Source of the DNA: Alphaproteobacteria bacterium
Lineage (GTDB): Bacteria > Pseudomonadota > Alphaproteobacteria > JAAXGF01
Length of the DNA stretch: 64,000 bases
Reading direction: 5' to 3'
Assembly: GCA_963555825.3 (NCBI GenBank)
Contig: CAUVXB020000001.1
Span: 160,001 to 224,000 of the forward strand
In this document: piece after piece, positions 34,612 through 44,605 of the stretch
How positions within the stretch are numbered: position 1 is the stretch's first letter
Layout of the letters: every line of letters starts with the position of its first letter
Made by a program: the position numbers and the translations under genes
Notes under the pieces: model-generated
The model's input: only the letters and a program-made list of their open reading frames with translations
Told to the model about the DNA's origin: nothing
Databases searched by the model: none

Positions 34612-36414
34612 TGACGGGGCGGTAAAAAGTTGTTGGCCGATGGCGTGCTTGTACAGGTCTTTGCGGTTCGGTGAAGAATATTTGCCTGTCTCCGCGTTGC
34701 TGGTGGATAAAACCTGATATTACCTACCCTTGGCTTCTCCTTGGCTTCGTTTTTTATGGTGCGATTGCCGCGCAGCGTCGGATATTGAGGCCGAGGGCAC
34801 GCAGATTGACCACGTAGCGCATGGCCGGCATGCCGCGAATGCGTAGGTGAGCCAGGTTCATCTGGTACTTTAATCGCGACATGGTCGCTTCTATGCCGGC
34901 CCGCCATCTGTAGACGTTGCGGAAGGCATCGCTTTGTTCATAAAGCCGGCGCTTTTGGTTGGCAGCCCTGGCCGGGGTATATTGAAAGCGGGAAAATTGG
35001 CCGTCACGCTTGGCCGCCTGCACGGGACATCGCAGTATATCGGGACATTTTTGGCAGATGGAGAGGTCGAAACGGGCCTGCAGCTTGGCTTTGGCGAGCG
35101 AGGCTGAAACCGGTTCGACGTTATTGGGACAGCGCAAGACCAAGCCTTCTTCGTTGAGAGTGAAATCCTCCAACGTCAACCGTCCCGAGACGGCGCCTTT
35201 CGGCGGTCGTGCGGGCGCCACGAGATTGATGTTCTGTTCGCGCGTCAGAGCCATGTTGTCACTGGAACCGTAATGTGAATCACCCAGCATCACCGCCGGC
35301 GTCAGCGCGCGCTCGCTCAGATCATCCAGCGCATCGGCTAAGCGATGGCCGTCATGCACCGTCATCTTGTGGACCTCCACGTGGGTGATGAGGTCCGGTG
35401 TCGCGGCAACCGCCTCGTTACTGACATCTTCACAATAGGTTTCGACGATCTGCGCCATGTATCCTTGACCCTTGTGCGCGTTGTAGCTCGCGTCCGGGTC
35501 GGCCGGATTGCCGACGGTATCGCACGGCACATCCTTTGGATCTCGAATCGCGGCGCGCGTTGCGTCACGATCGCCATACTCATCATCAACGATCTCGAAC
35601 TGATCGCGCAGAACCCTCTCCAGGATCGCAAAACTGAAAAGCTTTGCCGCCGCCGTGTCACGGAATTGCAGCACCAGGGCTAGGAGATACTGACCCGCTT
35701 CGCCGAGGCGCCGTTTTGAAACACTCGGCGCCGTATTCGCGAACGCGCCATTACCCTCGCGATCGACATAGCGGCGGATCACCTCCTTGCTGATCTGCTC
35801 GTGCAGACCGGGATGATATCGCTCAAGCTCACGGGCAAACTTCGAGATGCTCTCAACAACGATACCAAGTCGTGTCAGCGCCCGCATTGCCGAACGAAGG
35901 GCCGTCGAATCCATGCGTTGGTGGCTGGTATCGACAGAGAACCCCTGCACCAGCCGATCCGTCAAACACCGGAACAGCAATTCATCGAGACCTTGTTCGA
36001 TAAACAGACGGCGATAGTTGCGCAGGGTTTTCTCACAGAAATAGCTGTCCGCTTCGCTGCGCACGTCCAAGGCATAGTGCCACGCCATATTGAAGGCCAG
36101 GGCCTCGACGGTCTCTGCATCGCTCAGATCGTGCAGCTGCTGCAAAAGCAAGACCCCGATGACAACGTGTAGATCCTTCGATGGTCGGCCCATGCGTTCA
36201 TCAAGGTGACGGCAAAGATCGTCAACCGGAAGTTCGACAAGCAGATGGTTCCGAAAAACCCCGGCCCAGGATTGCTCCATCAGGCGCCGACGTTTGTCCC
36301 CGAAATCGGACCAGCGATCAAACAATTCCCCAGTCCGTCGGTCGCGTAAAGTAAACATGCACAATTATAATCCAGCCGACTCTCATGAGGAATCGACTTT
36401 TTACCGCCCCGTCA
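34612..36414 (-). mobile_element. IS (IS1182/IS5-like DDE) inserted inside the IS256 terminal repeat
   Basis: IRs TGACGGGGCGGTAAAAAGT / ACTTTTTACCGCCCCGTCA; AAAGT repeated on both flanks. Confidence 0.85.
34754..36364 (-). CDS. DDE transposase, 536 aa (IS1182/IS5-like)
   Basis: GRPS, RMDST, DPDASY..KG.GY, LGDSHYG, YRWRAGIEATMS. Confidence 0.8.
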   Translation of the reverse strand: MCMFTLRDRRTGELFDRWSDFGDKRRRLMEQSWAGVFRNHLLVELPVDDLCRHLDERMGRPSKDLHVVIGVLLLQQLHDLSDAETVEALAFNMAWHYALDVRSEADSYFCEKTLRNYRRLFIEQGLDELLFRCLTDRLVQGFSVDTSHQRMDSTALRSAMRALTRLGIVVESISKFARELERYHPGLHEQISKEVIRRYVDREGNGAFANTAPSVSKRRLGEAGQYLLALVLQFRDTAAAKLFSFAILERVLRDQFEIVDDEYGDRDATRAAIRDPKDVPCDTVGNPADPDASYNAHKGQGYMAQIVETYCEDVSNEAVAATPDLITHVEVHKMTVHDGHRLADALDDLSERALTPAVMLGDSHYGSSDNMALTREQNINLVAPARPPKGAVSGRLTLEDFTLNEEGLVLRCPNNVEPVSASLAKAKLQARFDLSICQKCPDILRCPVQAAKRDGQFSRFQYTPARAANQKRRLYEQSDAFRNVYRWRAGIEATMSRLKYQMNLAHLRIRGMPAMRYVVNLRALGLNIRRCAAIAP

Positions 36415-36433
36415 AAAGTTGTGTATGGGCTGA

Positions 36434-37678
36434 TCATGCGGCGGCGCGATCCTGGCGTTCTCCATCTACGAATTTGACGCCGCGAATGATCTCGGCGAGA
36501 TGGTTCGATCCATCGAGTTTTCTCCATTTTCTCTGAGCGCACTGGCATAGTTTGAAGACCATGGCCATCGCCGTCTTGCGCGACAGGCAGCCCTTGGTCC
36601 GGTAGGTGCGCAGACGAACCGTGGCGAACGTGCTCTCGATGGGGTTGGTCGTGCGTACATGCTTCCAGTGCTCGGCGGGGAAGTCGTAGAACGTCAGCAG
36701 GACGTCGCGGTCCTTGGCCAGGCAGGCCGCGGCCTTGTCGTACTTCGGCCCGTAGGCTTCCAGGAAGAAGTCGAAGGCGCTCTCGGCATCCTTCCTGGTT
36801 TCGGCCATCCAGATGTCTTGCAGGCGCCCCTTGGCTTTCTTTTGCAGACCCTTGGGCAGCTTGTTCAAGACGTTGCCCGTCTTGTGAACCCAGCAGCGTT
36901 GCTCGCGGGCGCCTGGGTAGACTTGGCGGAGCGCCTTCCAGAAGCCGAGCGCGCCGTCGCCGAGCGCCAGTTGCGGACCCATTTCAAGGCCGCGCCGCTT
37001 GAGATCGAGCAGAACTTCGAGCCAGGACTGCTCACTTTCGCGATAGCCGTCGGCGATGGCGATCAGTTCCTTCTGTCCCTTGTCCGTGGCCCCGACGATC
37101 ACCAGGATGCACTGCTTCTCTTCCTCCATGCGGGCGCTGAAATAGATGCCGTCCACCCAGAAATAGACGTAGCGCTTGGCCGTGAGGTCGCGCCGTTGCC
37201 AGCGCTCCGCCTCAACCCCCCAGACCTCTTTCAGCCGGGTGATCGTGGAGGCCGAAAGCCCCGGCGCGGAGCTCCCCAGGAGCGCCGCCAAGGCTTCCCC
37301 GAAGTCGCCGGTGGAAATGCCCTTCAGATACAGCCATGGCAAAAGGTCTTCCAGGCTCTTGGCGCGGCGCAGATAGCGCGGCAGGATCGCCGACGTGAAG
37401 CGGATGGCGCCGTCCCCCCGGTCCCGCACACGGGGTTGGCGCACGCTCACCGGGCCGATCCCGGTCTGGATGAAGCGTTCCGGCAGATATCCATTGCGGA
37501 CAACCCGGCGGCGGCCGGCGGCGTCAACAAGCGCCGCATGGCTACCCAAAAACACGGAGACCTCGGCCTCAACGGCTTGGGCCAACAACTCGCGAGCTCC
37601 AGCTTGTAGGACTTCCGTCAACGGATCTTTCTGAAAATCAGATGGGTTTTGAAAAGCAACAACGGTATTCTCTTTCAT
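36434..37678 (-). CDS. IS256-family transposase
   Basis: RNGY, LYLKGIST, WVDG, GDGALG, QRCWVHK, RTTNPIES. Confidence 0.95.
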   Translation of the reverse strand: MKENTVVAFQNPSDFQKDPLTEVLQAGARELLAQAVEAEVSVFLGSHAALVDAAGRRRVVRNGYLPERFIQTGIGPVSVRQPRVRDRGDGAIRFTSAILPRYLRRAKSLEDLLPWLYLKGISTGDFGEALAALLGSSAPGLSASTITRLKEVWGVEAERWQRRDLTAKRYVYFWVDGIYFSARMEEEKQCILVIVGATDKGQKELIAIADGYRESEQSWLEVLLDLKRRGLEMGPQLALGDGALGFWKALRQVYPGAREQRCWVHKTGNVLNKLPKGLQKKAKGRLQDIWMAETRKDAESAFDFFLEAYGPKYDKAAACLAKDRDVLLTFYDFPAEHWKHVRTTNPIESTFATVRLRTYRTKGCLSRKTAMAMVFKLCQCAQRKWRKLDGSNHLAEIIRGVKFVDGERQDRAAA

Positions 37679-38336
37679 GGCGTATCCTTCCTTGGCTTAG
37701 CTCAAGTGGTGACATCAACAATCACCAGGATACGCCGCCTTCATTTCAACGCCGTACACAAGATTCGGTTATAGCTCGTGGGCCGATCGTCCAAGGCATA
37801 GTAGAGGTAGACCAGAAATGGCGCGCCGGGCTTGAGCTTGCGCGCGCAGGCGGCGAGCCCGGACGCGGTGTCCGGGAGGTGGTGCAGCACGCCGAGAGAA
37901 TAGCCGAAATCGGCGTCTGCCTCGTTCAGCGGCATGTCGTTTATGCTTGCCAGATGGAAGCTGCAGTTGGGTAGCTCATGCAGGTTGTCTCGCGCAACGC
38001 CAAGCGCCTCGCTGCTCGCGTCGACGCAATGCAGATGGCCGACCCTGGGCGCGACGAAACGCGCCCAGCGGCCGGTACCGCAGCCGGCGTCGAAGCCGAC
38101 CGCGCCGTCGGGCAGCGCCGACCACGGGAAGATGCGGAAATAAGCCTCGAAGATGGCGCGCAGTTCAGCTTCGGCGACACCTGACTGGTCGAACGCCGCC
38201 CATTCCTTGCCGAAGCCATCGACGGTCGGTTTGTCGAGGTTGGTCACGACTCGCACCTGGCCGGCGCGTTTTCAAACATGGTGCTGTATGCAAACCCCCC
38301 GTATGGCGGTCGAATTCCCATCTCGCCCTTCGCTGC

Positions 38337-39059
38337 CTAGATACGCTCGAGCACGACGAACAGTCGGAACGCCATCAGCCGGCCGAGCACCGGAGCGAGC
38401 CGGTCCTCGAGGCGCAACATTGGCGCGACGGCGCCGCGTGGGATCAGAGACCAGCGCCGAAAGCCGCCCGACATCGGGTAGGCGAACAAGCTGAGCAGGC
38501 GCGCCGCCTTCATTTCGAGCTCGGGCACTGCGTCGGCGAACGCGCCGGGCTGGCGTAGGAACAGAAGGGTGGGGATCGCCTGATTGGCGTCGAACGGATC
38601 GCTGTCCGGGTCGGGCGCCGCGGCGGCCAGCGGATCGGCGTCCATGAGCACCGGTTCGGGGTGGAACCAAGTGTAGAAGATACGGCTCACCGGCGTGATC
38701 GCCGGCTCGATCATGACCAGCCGGCCGCCGGGCCTGAGGATGCGCACCGCCTCGCCGAAGAAGGCGCGCGGCGCGCTCAGATGGTGCAGCACGTCGAGCA
38801 TGGCGATGTTCGCGAAGCTCGCGCCGGCGAAGGGCAGGGCGTGCGCGTCGGCCACCGTGTCGAGCCAGGGCGCCGGCAGCACATCGGTCGTCACGACGTC
38901 GTCCGCGATGGTTTCGAGGCCGCCGCCCGAGCCGATCTCGAGGCTCGGTCCGGGCACGCAGGCCGCCGCGATGCGCCGGTAGTAGTCCTCGTAAATCTCG
39001 CGCAGGACCGCTTTGTCCCGCCACGCGTCGCGGCGCTCGGCGAGGCGCGTGTCGGTCAT
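38337..39059 (-). CDS. Class I SAM-dependent methyltransferase
   Basis: LEIGSGGG, ADAHALPF, LDVLHHL, RILRPGG. Confidence 0.88.
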   Translation of the reverse strand: MTDTRLAERRDAWRDKAVLREIYEDYYRRIAAACVPGPSLEIGSGGGLETIADDVVTTDVLPAPWLDTVADAHALPFAGASFANIAMLDVLHHLSAPRAFFGEAVRILRPGGRLVMIEPAITPVSRIFYTWFHPEPVLMDADPLAAAAPDPDSDPFDANQAIPTLLFLRQPGAFADAVPELEMKAARLLSLFAYPMSGGFRRWSLIPRGAVAPMLRLEDRLAPVLGRLMAFRLFVVLERI

Positions 39060-40519
39060 ATGGCCTTGAGCTTGCGGTATGCGAAAACGACCATGCGCAG
39101 CAGCAGCCAGCCGTGCGTGAAGCGCGATATCTGGGTCTCGCCGTAGGTCCGCGCACCGTAGCGGATCGGGATGTCGATCAGCTTGAGGTTCAATTTGGCG
39201 GCGCCGAAGATCAGGTCGAAATCGCCAAATGGATCGAAATTGCCGAAATAGGCGCGGTTGGCCGCAATGCGTTCGTAACACGCCTTGGTCAGCACCTTGG
39301 TGCCGCACAGCGTATCGGTGATGCGCTGGTTCAGAAGCCAGCGGAAGATCAGCGAGAACGCCCGGTTGGCGACCCAGTTGAGCGGCGGCATCGCCTCGTC
39401 CTCGAGCGGATAGACCAGGCGCGAGCCGTTGATGAACTCGCCCTTGCCCGAGATCAGTGCGTTGTAGAACTTGGGCAGCGCCTCGGGCGGCACGGTGAGG
39501 TCGGCGTCGAGGATCATGAGCACCTCGCCGCGCGCCGTGGCGAAGCCCTTGCGCACGGCATCGCCCTTGCCCTTGCCGTCCTGGCGGATGACCCGAATGT
39601 CGAATTCGTCCTTGTAGGCCTCCTTGACGCGCAGCGCCTCTTCGTAGGTGCCGTCGACGCTGTGGCCCTCGACGAACAGAATCTCGAGGTCGTCGCAGAA
39701 CCGCGGCATGCGCGTCACCGCGGCTTCGATATTGCCGCGCTCGTTGCGGCAGGGCACGACCACGGTGGTCGAGAGATCGCCGAGTTCGGCGTCGCGCAAG
39801 GGGCGGGCGACCAGGTAGTTGCGCAGGCACAGCCGGCGAATGCCGGGCAGGGTGCCGACGACCCGGTTGATCAGCCGGCCCAGGCCGAGCAGCCGTTTGG
39901 GCACGAGTTGGCGCCAGTCCTGCTTGATGATCTCGAAGTCGGCGAGCGAGACGAGCGACGCGATGTCGTCGGTCCACAACCAGTTCTGCTCTTTCTGGGG
40001 CATCTTGCCGCCCATCGACTCGGCCAGCCGAAGCAGCGGTTCCCAGCTCTTGGCATAATAGGCGATGACCAGCCGCGTGTCGCGATGACACAGATCGTGC
40101 AGACTGGCCAGCGTGGTCTCGCAGTCCTCGAGGCTGCCGATCGTGTCGGACAGCACGATAACGTCGAAGGGCCCGTCCAGGTCGGCCAGCACGGTGGCGT
40201 CTTCGACGTCGCCGACGTGGAATTCGAGGTCGGGATAGTCGGCTTGCGCGATCTCGATCATGCCACGGCTGATGTCGATGCCGACGCCGTGCGACGGCTT
40301 GAGCGCATCGAGCAGTTGTCCGGTGCCGCAACCGAGCTCGAGGACGCGCAGGCCTTCGTCGACCAGGAAACGCATGTAGCGCCGGTCCTCTTCGTAGTAG
40401 TACGCGTTGCGCTCGACCCATCGGTTGCGCTCGGTCGCGAGACGATCGGCGAGGTCGCGGATCGCCTGCTTGCGCGGCGAGAGATCGCCTGACATTTCTG
40501 ACTTGTCGTCGGTCGTCAT
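39056..40519 (-). CDS. Fused methyltransferase / GT2 glycosyltransferase
   Basis: VLELGCGTG N-domain; VVVPCRNE, ILDADLTV, TDTLCGTK C-domain. Confidence 0.88.
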   Translation of the reverse strand: MTTDDKSEMSGDLSPRKQAIRDLADRLATERNRWVERNAYYYEEDRRYMRFLVDEGLRVLELGCGTGQLLDALKPSHGVGIDISRGMIEIAQADYPDLEFHVGDVEDATVLADLDGPFDVIVLSDTIGSLEDCETTLASLHDLCHRDTRLVIAYYAKSWEPLLRLAESMGGKMPQKEQNWLWTDDIASLVSLADFEIIKQDWRQLVPKRLLGLGRLINRVVGTLPGIRRLCLRNYLVARPLRDAELGDLSTTVVVPCRNERGNIEAAVTRMPRFCDDLEILFVEGHSVDGTYEEALRVKEAYKDEFDIRVIRQDGKGKGDAVRKGFATARGEVLMILDADLTVPPEALPKFYNALISGKGEFINGSRLVYPLEDEAMPPLNWVANRAFSLIFRWLLNQRITDTLCGTKVLTKACYERIAANRAYFGNFDPFGDFDLIFGAAKLNLKLIDIPIRYGARTYGETQISRFTHGWLLLRMVVFAYRKLKAI

Positions 40520-40527
40520 TTAGCGCG

Positions 40528-41472
40528 TTACGCCTTGGGCTCGGGCTGTGCGTCGGTGCCGGCCATCATCCATAGCACGCCCCCCGGCCCCCCGGTCAGC
40601 ATGATGACGAGACCGAACGCGACCGATAGCGCCAGCGCCTCGTGGGCGGCGACGCCGATGAAGCCGAAGGCGGCGACCATCGCACCCTCGCGCACGCCCC
40701 AGCCGGCGAGCGAGATCGGCACCACGGAGGCGAGGATCACGGGCGGCACCAGCACGAGGCAATCGAGAAAGCCGACCGGCACGCCGAGACCGATGGCCAG
40801 CGCCGTCATCATCGTGATCGTGATCAGGTGGATGCCCAGCGACATTCCTATCACGGCGGTGGCCGGGCGCAGCTTGAACAACACATCGCGCACGCCTCCG
40901 GCGAGCTTGGCGATCGCATCCGACAGTCGGAAGCGGGCCGGCAGGGTGAACAGCCGGTCGATGACGACGATCAGCACGAAGCCACCCGCGATGGCGCCGA
41001 GCCCGATCATCACGCCGTTGCGCGCAATCGGATCCGCGACCCGGGCGAATAGCGCCGGAAGTGTCGTGATCGACAGCAGCGCGAGCGCCGCGAGCGCGAT
41101 CAGCCGATCGATCAAGACCGAATTGACGGCGCCGGCCAAGCGAAACCCGGCGCGCCGGACGAGCCAGATGCGCACGGCGTCGCCGCCCACCGTTGAGGGC
41201 AGACATTGGTTGAAGAAGACGCCGATCAGGGTGAACCGCAGCAGCATCAGAATGTGCAACGGCTTGCCGAGTTGGCGACAGACAATGCGCCAGCGGCCCG
41301 ACCCCAACACCGGCTGCGTGAAGGCGAGCACGAGCGTCGCGACGATCCAGCCGGGCGAGGCCTCGGCGAAGGTCTTTCCGACGGCCTCGAGATCGACGTT
41401 GGCGGCGAGCAGCCAAAGGAGGCCAACGGTAACGCCAAAGCGCACCGCAAAGCCGATTATATCATGATGCAT
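40528..41472 (-). CDS. Lysylphosphatidylglycerol-synthase TM (flippase-like) protein
   Basis: RW, FFNQCLPSTVGGDAVR, VPISLAGWGVRE. Confidence 0.88.
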   Translation of the reverse strand: MHHDIIGFAVRFGVTVGLLWLLAANVDLEAVGKTFAEASPGWIVATLVLAFTQPVLGSGRWRIVCRQLGKPLHILMLLRFTLIGVFFNQCLPSTVGGDAVRIWLVRRAGFRLAGAVNSVLIDRLIALAALALLSITTLPALFARVADPIARNGVMIGLGAIAGGFVLIVVIDRLFTLPARFRLSDAIAKLAGGVRDVLFKLRPATAVIGMSLGIHLITITMMTALAIGLGVPVGFLDCLVLVPPVILASVVPISLAGWGVREGAMVAAFGFIGVAAHEALALSVAFGLVIMLTGGPGGVLWMMAGTDAQPEPKA

Positions 41473-41680
41473 TAATTCTCCCGCATCGCCATGGCTGCGC
41501 AGAGATGCGCAGGGATGCGATAAAGTAGCGGTTTCTGCATTTATAGAAGGTTTCAGTTGCCATTTCCCGCTTGCGCCTCCCTGTCAGGGACGCGCCATGA
41601 TGCGCCCCGGTTTGAGGGCGGTCGCTTGCATAGTGCTTACGGATCGTCCGGGCGGCAGAACGAGAATAGCCGGAAACGCC

Positions 41681-42868
41681 ATGCCGAGACGCCAGGAACG
41701 GGTTATCACCAAACGCACCGTCGACGCGTTGTCGGTCGAGCATCGCGACGCCGTGTTCTGGGACCGGGACCTCCCCGGCTTCGGCATCAGGGTCTATCCC
41801 TCGGGCCTGAAGAAATACGTCGTCCAGTCGCGCGGCCCCGGCGGGTCGAAGAGGGCGACGCTTGGACGGCACGGGAAACTCACCGCCGACGAGGCGCGGC
41901 GCCGGGCGGCGGAGGCCATCGACCGCATCAAGCGGGGCGAGGATCCGATTCCCCCTCCGCCGGAGCCCGAGCCGACGATGGCCGTTCTCGCCGAGCGCTA
42001 CATGCGCGACTACGTGCCCTCGCACTGCAGGGCGTCGAGCGCGGAGGTCTACCGGCGGGCGCTCGACAACCACATCCTGCCGGCGTTGGGTGAGATGCGT
42101 GTTGGCGCGGTCGGGCGCGAGCAGGTGGCGGAACTGCATTACGCGATGCGCGGCGCGCCCCATGCGGCGAACGGGGTGCTGAAGATCGTGGCCAAGATGC
42201 TGTCGCTGGCCGTCGAATGGGGCCTGCGGGAGCACGGGCCGAACCCGTGCCGGGCGGTGCGCAAGTACCGGACGCACCCGCGCGAGCGGTTCCTGACCGG
42301 CGAGGAGTACCGCCGGCTCGGCCGGGCGATCGACGAGCTGGAGGCGAAGGGGAAGGTGTCGCTCCATGCGGCGGCAGCGATCCGGCTGCTGGTGCTGACC
42401 GGGTGCCGGCGCAACGAGGTGCTGGAGCTCAGGTGGGACGACATCGACCGGACGGTGGGGGAGCTGCGGCTGCGCGACGGCAAGACCGGTGCGCGCATGG
42501 TGCCGCTGACACCCGCCGTGGCCGGTGTGCTGGCGGAAATTCCCCGGGTTCCGGACAACCCGTGGGTGATCGCCGGGCAGAAGCCGGGCGCGCGCATGAC
42601 CAACGTCAACGATCCGTGGCTGGTCGTGCGTGCCCGGGCCGGGCTCGAAGATGTACGTATCCATGACCTGCGGCATTCCTGGGCGAGCCGTGCGCTGGCG
42701 CTCGGCGAGAGCCTGAGCATGATCGGGAAGCTGCTGGGCCACAACAGGATCGAGACCACCGCGCGCTACGCGCATCTCGCGCGCGACACCGAGAAGGCCT
42801 CGGCGGCCAAGATCGGCGGCAGCATCGGCGCCGACATCCTGCCGGCGGACGGCGCGGAGGCGGCGTAA
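41681..42868 (+). CDS. Tyrosine integrase with N-terminal arm-binding (DUF4102-like) domain, paralog 1
   Basis: FWDRDLPGFGIRV; LTGCRRNE, K, HDLRH, LGH, TARYAH. Confidence 0.92.
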   Translation: MPRRQERVITKRTVDALSVEHRDAVFWDRDLPGFGIRVYPSGLKKYVVQSRGPGGSKRATLGRHGKLTADEARRRAAEAIDRIKRGEDPIPPPPEPEPTMAVLAERYMRDYVPSHCRASSAEVYRRALDNHILPALGEMRVGAVGREQVAELHYAMRGAPHAANGVLKIVAKMLSLAVEWGLREHGPNPCRAVRKYRTHPRERFLTGEEYRRLGRAIDELEAKGKVSLHAAAAIRLLVLTGCRRNEVLELRWDDIDRTVGELRLRDGKTGARMVPLTPAVAGVLAEIPRVPDNPWVIAGQKPGARMTNVNDPWLVVRARAGLEDVRIHDLRHSWASRALALGESLSMIGKLLGHNRIETTARYAHLARDTEKASAAKIGGSIGADILPADGAEAA

Positions 42869-44097
42869 TGGCCAAGCTGAACCGGCGTTCGATCTCCCGG
42901 CGCACCGTCGAGGCGCTCAAGGTCGAGAAGGACACGGTGTTCTGGGATCGGGACTTGCCGGGGTTCGGCATCAGGGTCTACGCCTCGGGCACGAAGATGT
43001 ACGTGGTGCAAAGCAGGACGAAAGGAAAGTCGGTGCGGGTGACGGTGGGCCGGCACGGGGTGATCTCCGCCGACGAGGCGCGGCGCCGGGCGGCGCGGAT
43101 CGTCAACCGGATCAAGGCGGGCGAGGACCCGATACCGGAACCGCTGCCGGCCCGGCTCGCGGGCGGGCCGACGGTGGCCGGCTTGGCGGCGCGCTACATG
43201 GAGAAGCATGTCGCGGTGCGCTGCAAGCAGTCCACGGCGGAAGGCATCCGGGGGCTGCTCGGCAAGTACATCTTGCCGGAGTTCGGCAAACTCCCGCTGC
43301 TCGCGGTGGAGCGCGAGCGGGTGGCGGCGTTCCACGTCCGGTTGAACGGGGTTCCCTACGCGGCGAACCGGGCGGTGGCGCTGATGTCGCGCATGTATGC
43401 GATGGCCGCGGACTGGGAGATGGTCCCCGACGGCACCAACCCTTGCCGGTCGGTGCGCAAGTACCCGGCGCGCGGGCGCGAGCGGTTCCTGACCGACACC
43501 GAGTTCCGCCGCCTCGGCGAGGTTCTCGGCGAGGCCCCCACCGAGGGCGGGGTGTCGGTCCATGCCGTGGCGGCGATCCGGCTGCTGATGCTGACCGGCT
43601 GCCGCAAGAGCGAGATCCTGTCCCTGCAATGGACTGACATCGACCTCGAGGCCGGCGAATTGAGGCTCCGCGAAAGCAAGACGGGCCCGCGCGCGGTGCC
43701 GCTGTCGCCGCCGGCGGCGAAGGTGCTGGCGGAACTGCCCCGGGTTCCGGGCAACCCCTGGGTAATCCCCGGCCAGAAGCCGGACACGCACATGACCAAC
43801 CTGGACGACCCGTGGCGGATCGTGCGGGAGCGCGCGGGGGTCGAGAACGTCAGGATTCACGACTGCCGGCATTCCTTCGCGTCGAGGGCGCTGGCGCTGG
43901 GCGAGAGCCTGCCCGTGATCGCCAAGCTGCTCGGGCACAGCCAGATCCGGACCACCGCCCGGTATGCGCATCTGGCGCGGGATTCGGTCAGGGCCGCGGC
44001 GGCGCGGGTCGCCGCCAGCATCTCGGAGGATTTCCTGAAGGTCGGTTCGGCAACAGCGAAGCTGCCAGGGCGACAGGGTACGGACAGTCCAGGGTGA
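42868..44097 (+). CDS. Tyrosine integrase, paralog 2
   Basis: FWDRDLPGFGIRV; LTGCRKSE, K, HDCRH, LGH, TARYAH; TAATG coupling to paralog 1. Confidence 0.92.
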   Translation: MAKLNRRSISRRTVEALKVEKDTVFWDRDLPGFGIRVYASGTKMYVVQSRTKGKSVRVTVGRHGVISADEARRRAARIVNRIKAGEDPIPEPLPARLAGGPTVAGLAARYMEKHVAVRCKQSTAEGIRGLLGKYILPEFGKLPLLAVERERVAAFHVRLNGVPYAANRAVALMSRMYAMAADWEMVPDGTNPCRSVRKYPARGRERFLTDTEFRRLGEVLGEAPTEGGVSVHAVAAIRLLMLTGCRKSEILSLQWTDIDLEAGELRLRESKTGPRAVPLSPPAAKVLAELPRVPGNPWVIPGQKPDTHMTNLDDPWRIVRERAGVENVRIHDCRHSFASRALALGESLPVIAKLLGHSQIRTTARYAHLARDSVRAAAARVAASISEDFLKVGSATAKLPGRQGTDSPG

Positions 44098-44265
44098 CGA
44101 GCTATCGCGGAACTGCCGGAACGGCAAAGCGACGGCAAGCCAGTTCATTGTCGCCGAGAGCACGCCGGGTGACATTGTCAGACGCCGGAATGCCGGGAAA
44201 CATCGACTTTAGCGAATTTGTCCGATGGCCGGTGGCCGAATGGCCGGTTACCGGGAAAGCAAGTC

Positions 44266-44601
44266 GTGAGCGAATACCGGTACTATGAGGTCCAGGCGAT
44301 AGACCGCCCGCTTGGCGAGGCGGACATGGAGGCGCTGCGGATATTGTCGACGCGGGCGCGAATCACGGCCACGAGCTTCACCAATCACTACAAATGGGGC
44401 GACTTCCAGGGCGCCCCGAATCGGCTCATCGGCCGCTCCCGGCTCGACCCCTTCCGGCGCGGCTGCGACCTCGCGGAAGTCGTCGAATTGGGCGAGTCCC
44501 TGATCCTCGACTGTTATTCGGCGCGGAAATTTGACCCCCAAGAATCAAGGAATCTCAACAGGTTGGCGCGCCGATCAGCTTCGACCCTGCGTGCCGAATA
44601 A
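44266..44601 (+). pseudogene. Probably truncated N-terminus of a conserved hypothetical protein
   Basis: SEYRYYEVQAIDRPL...LSTRARIT.TSF.N.Y.WGDF resembles, from recall, the start of a longer island-associated protein. Confidence 0.45.
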
Positions 44602-44605
44602 CAGA

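Larger units (their letters stand above)
34595..37777 (-). mobile_element. IS256-family element, copy 1, with 9-bp target duplication GTGGGCCGA
   Basis: Ends GAGCTA.../...TAGCTC; duplication at 34586-34594 and 37778-37786. Confidence 0.92.
34225..38256 (-). pseudogene. Class I SAM methyltransferase split by IS256 (plus nested IS)
   Basis: 5' part FDAGCGTGRW...YLYYALDDRPT (38256-37778) resumes WFKLIW...RTDALDRFGT...WCAVGYRKA* (34585-34225). Confidence 0.88.

Noticed and set aside
41473-41680. tRNA/tmRNA integration site next to the integrases
   Set aside because: No cloverleaf, T-loop or CCA pattern and no att direct repeat recognised
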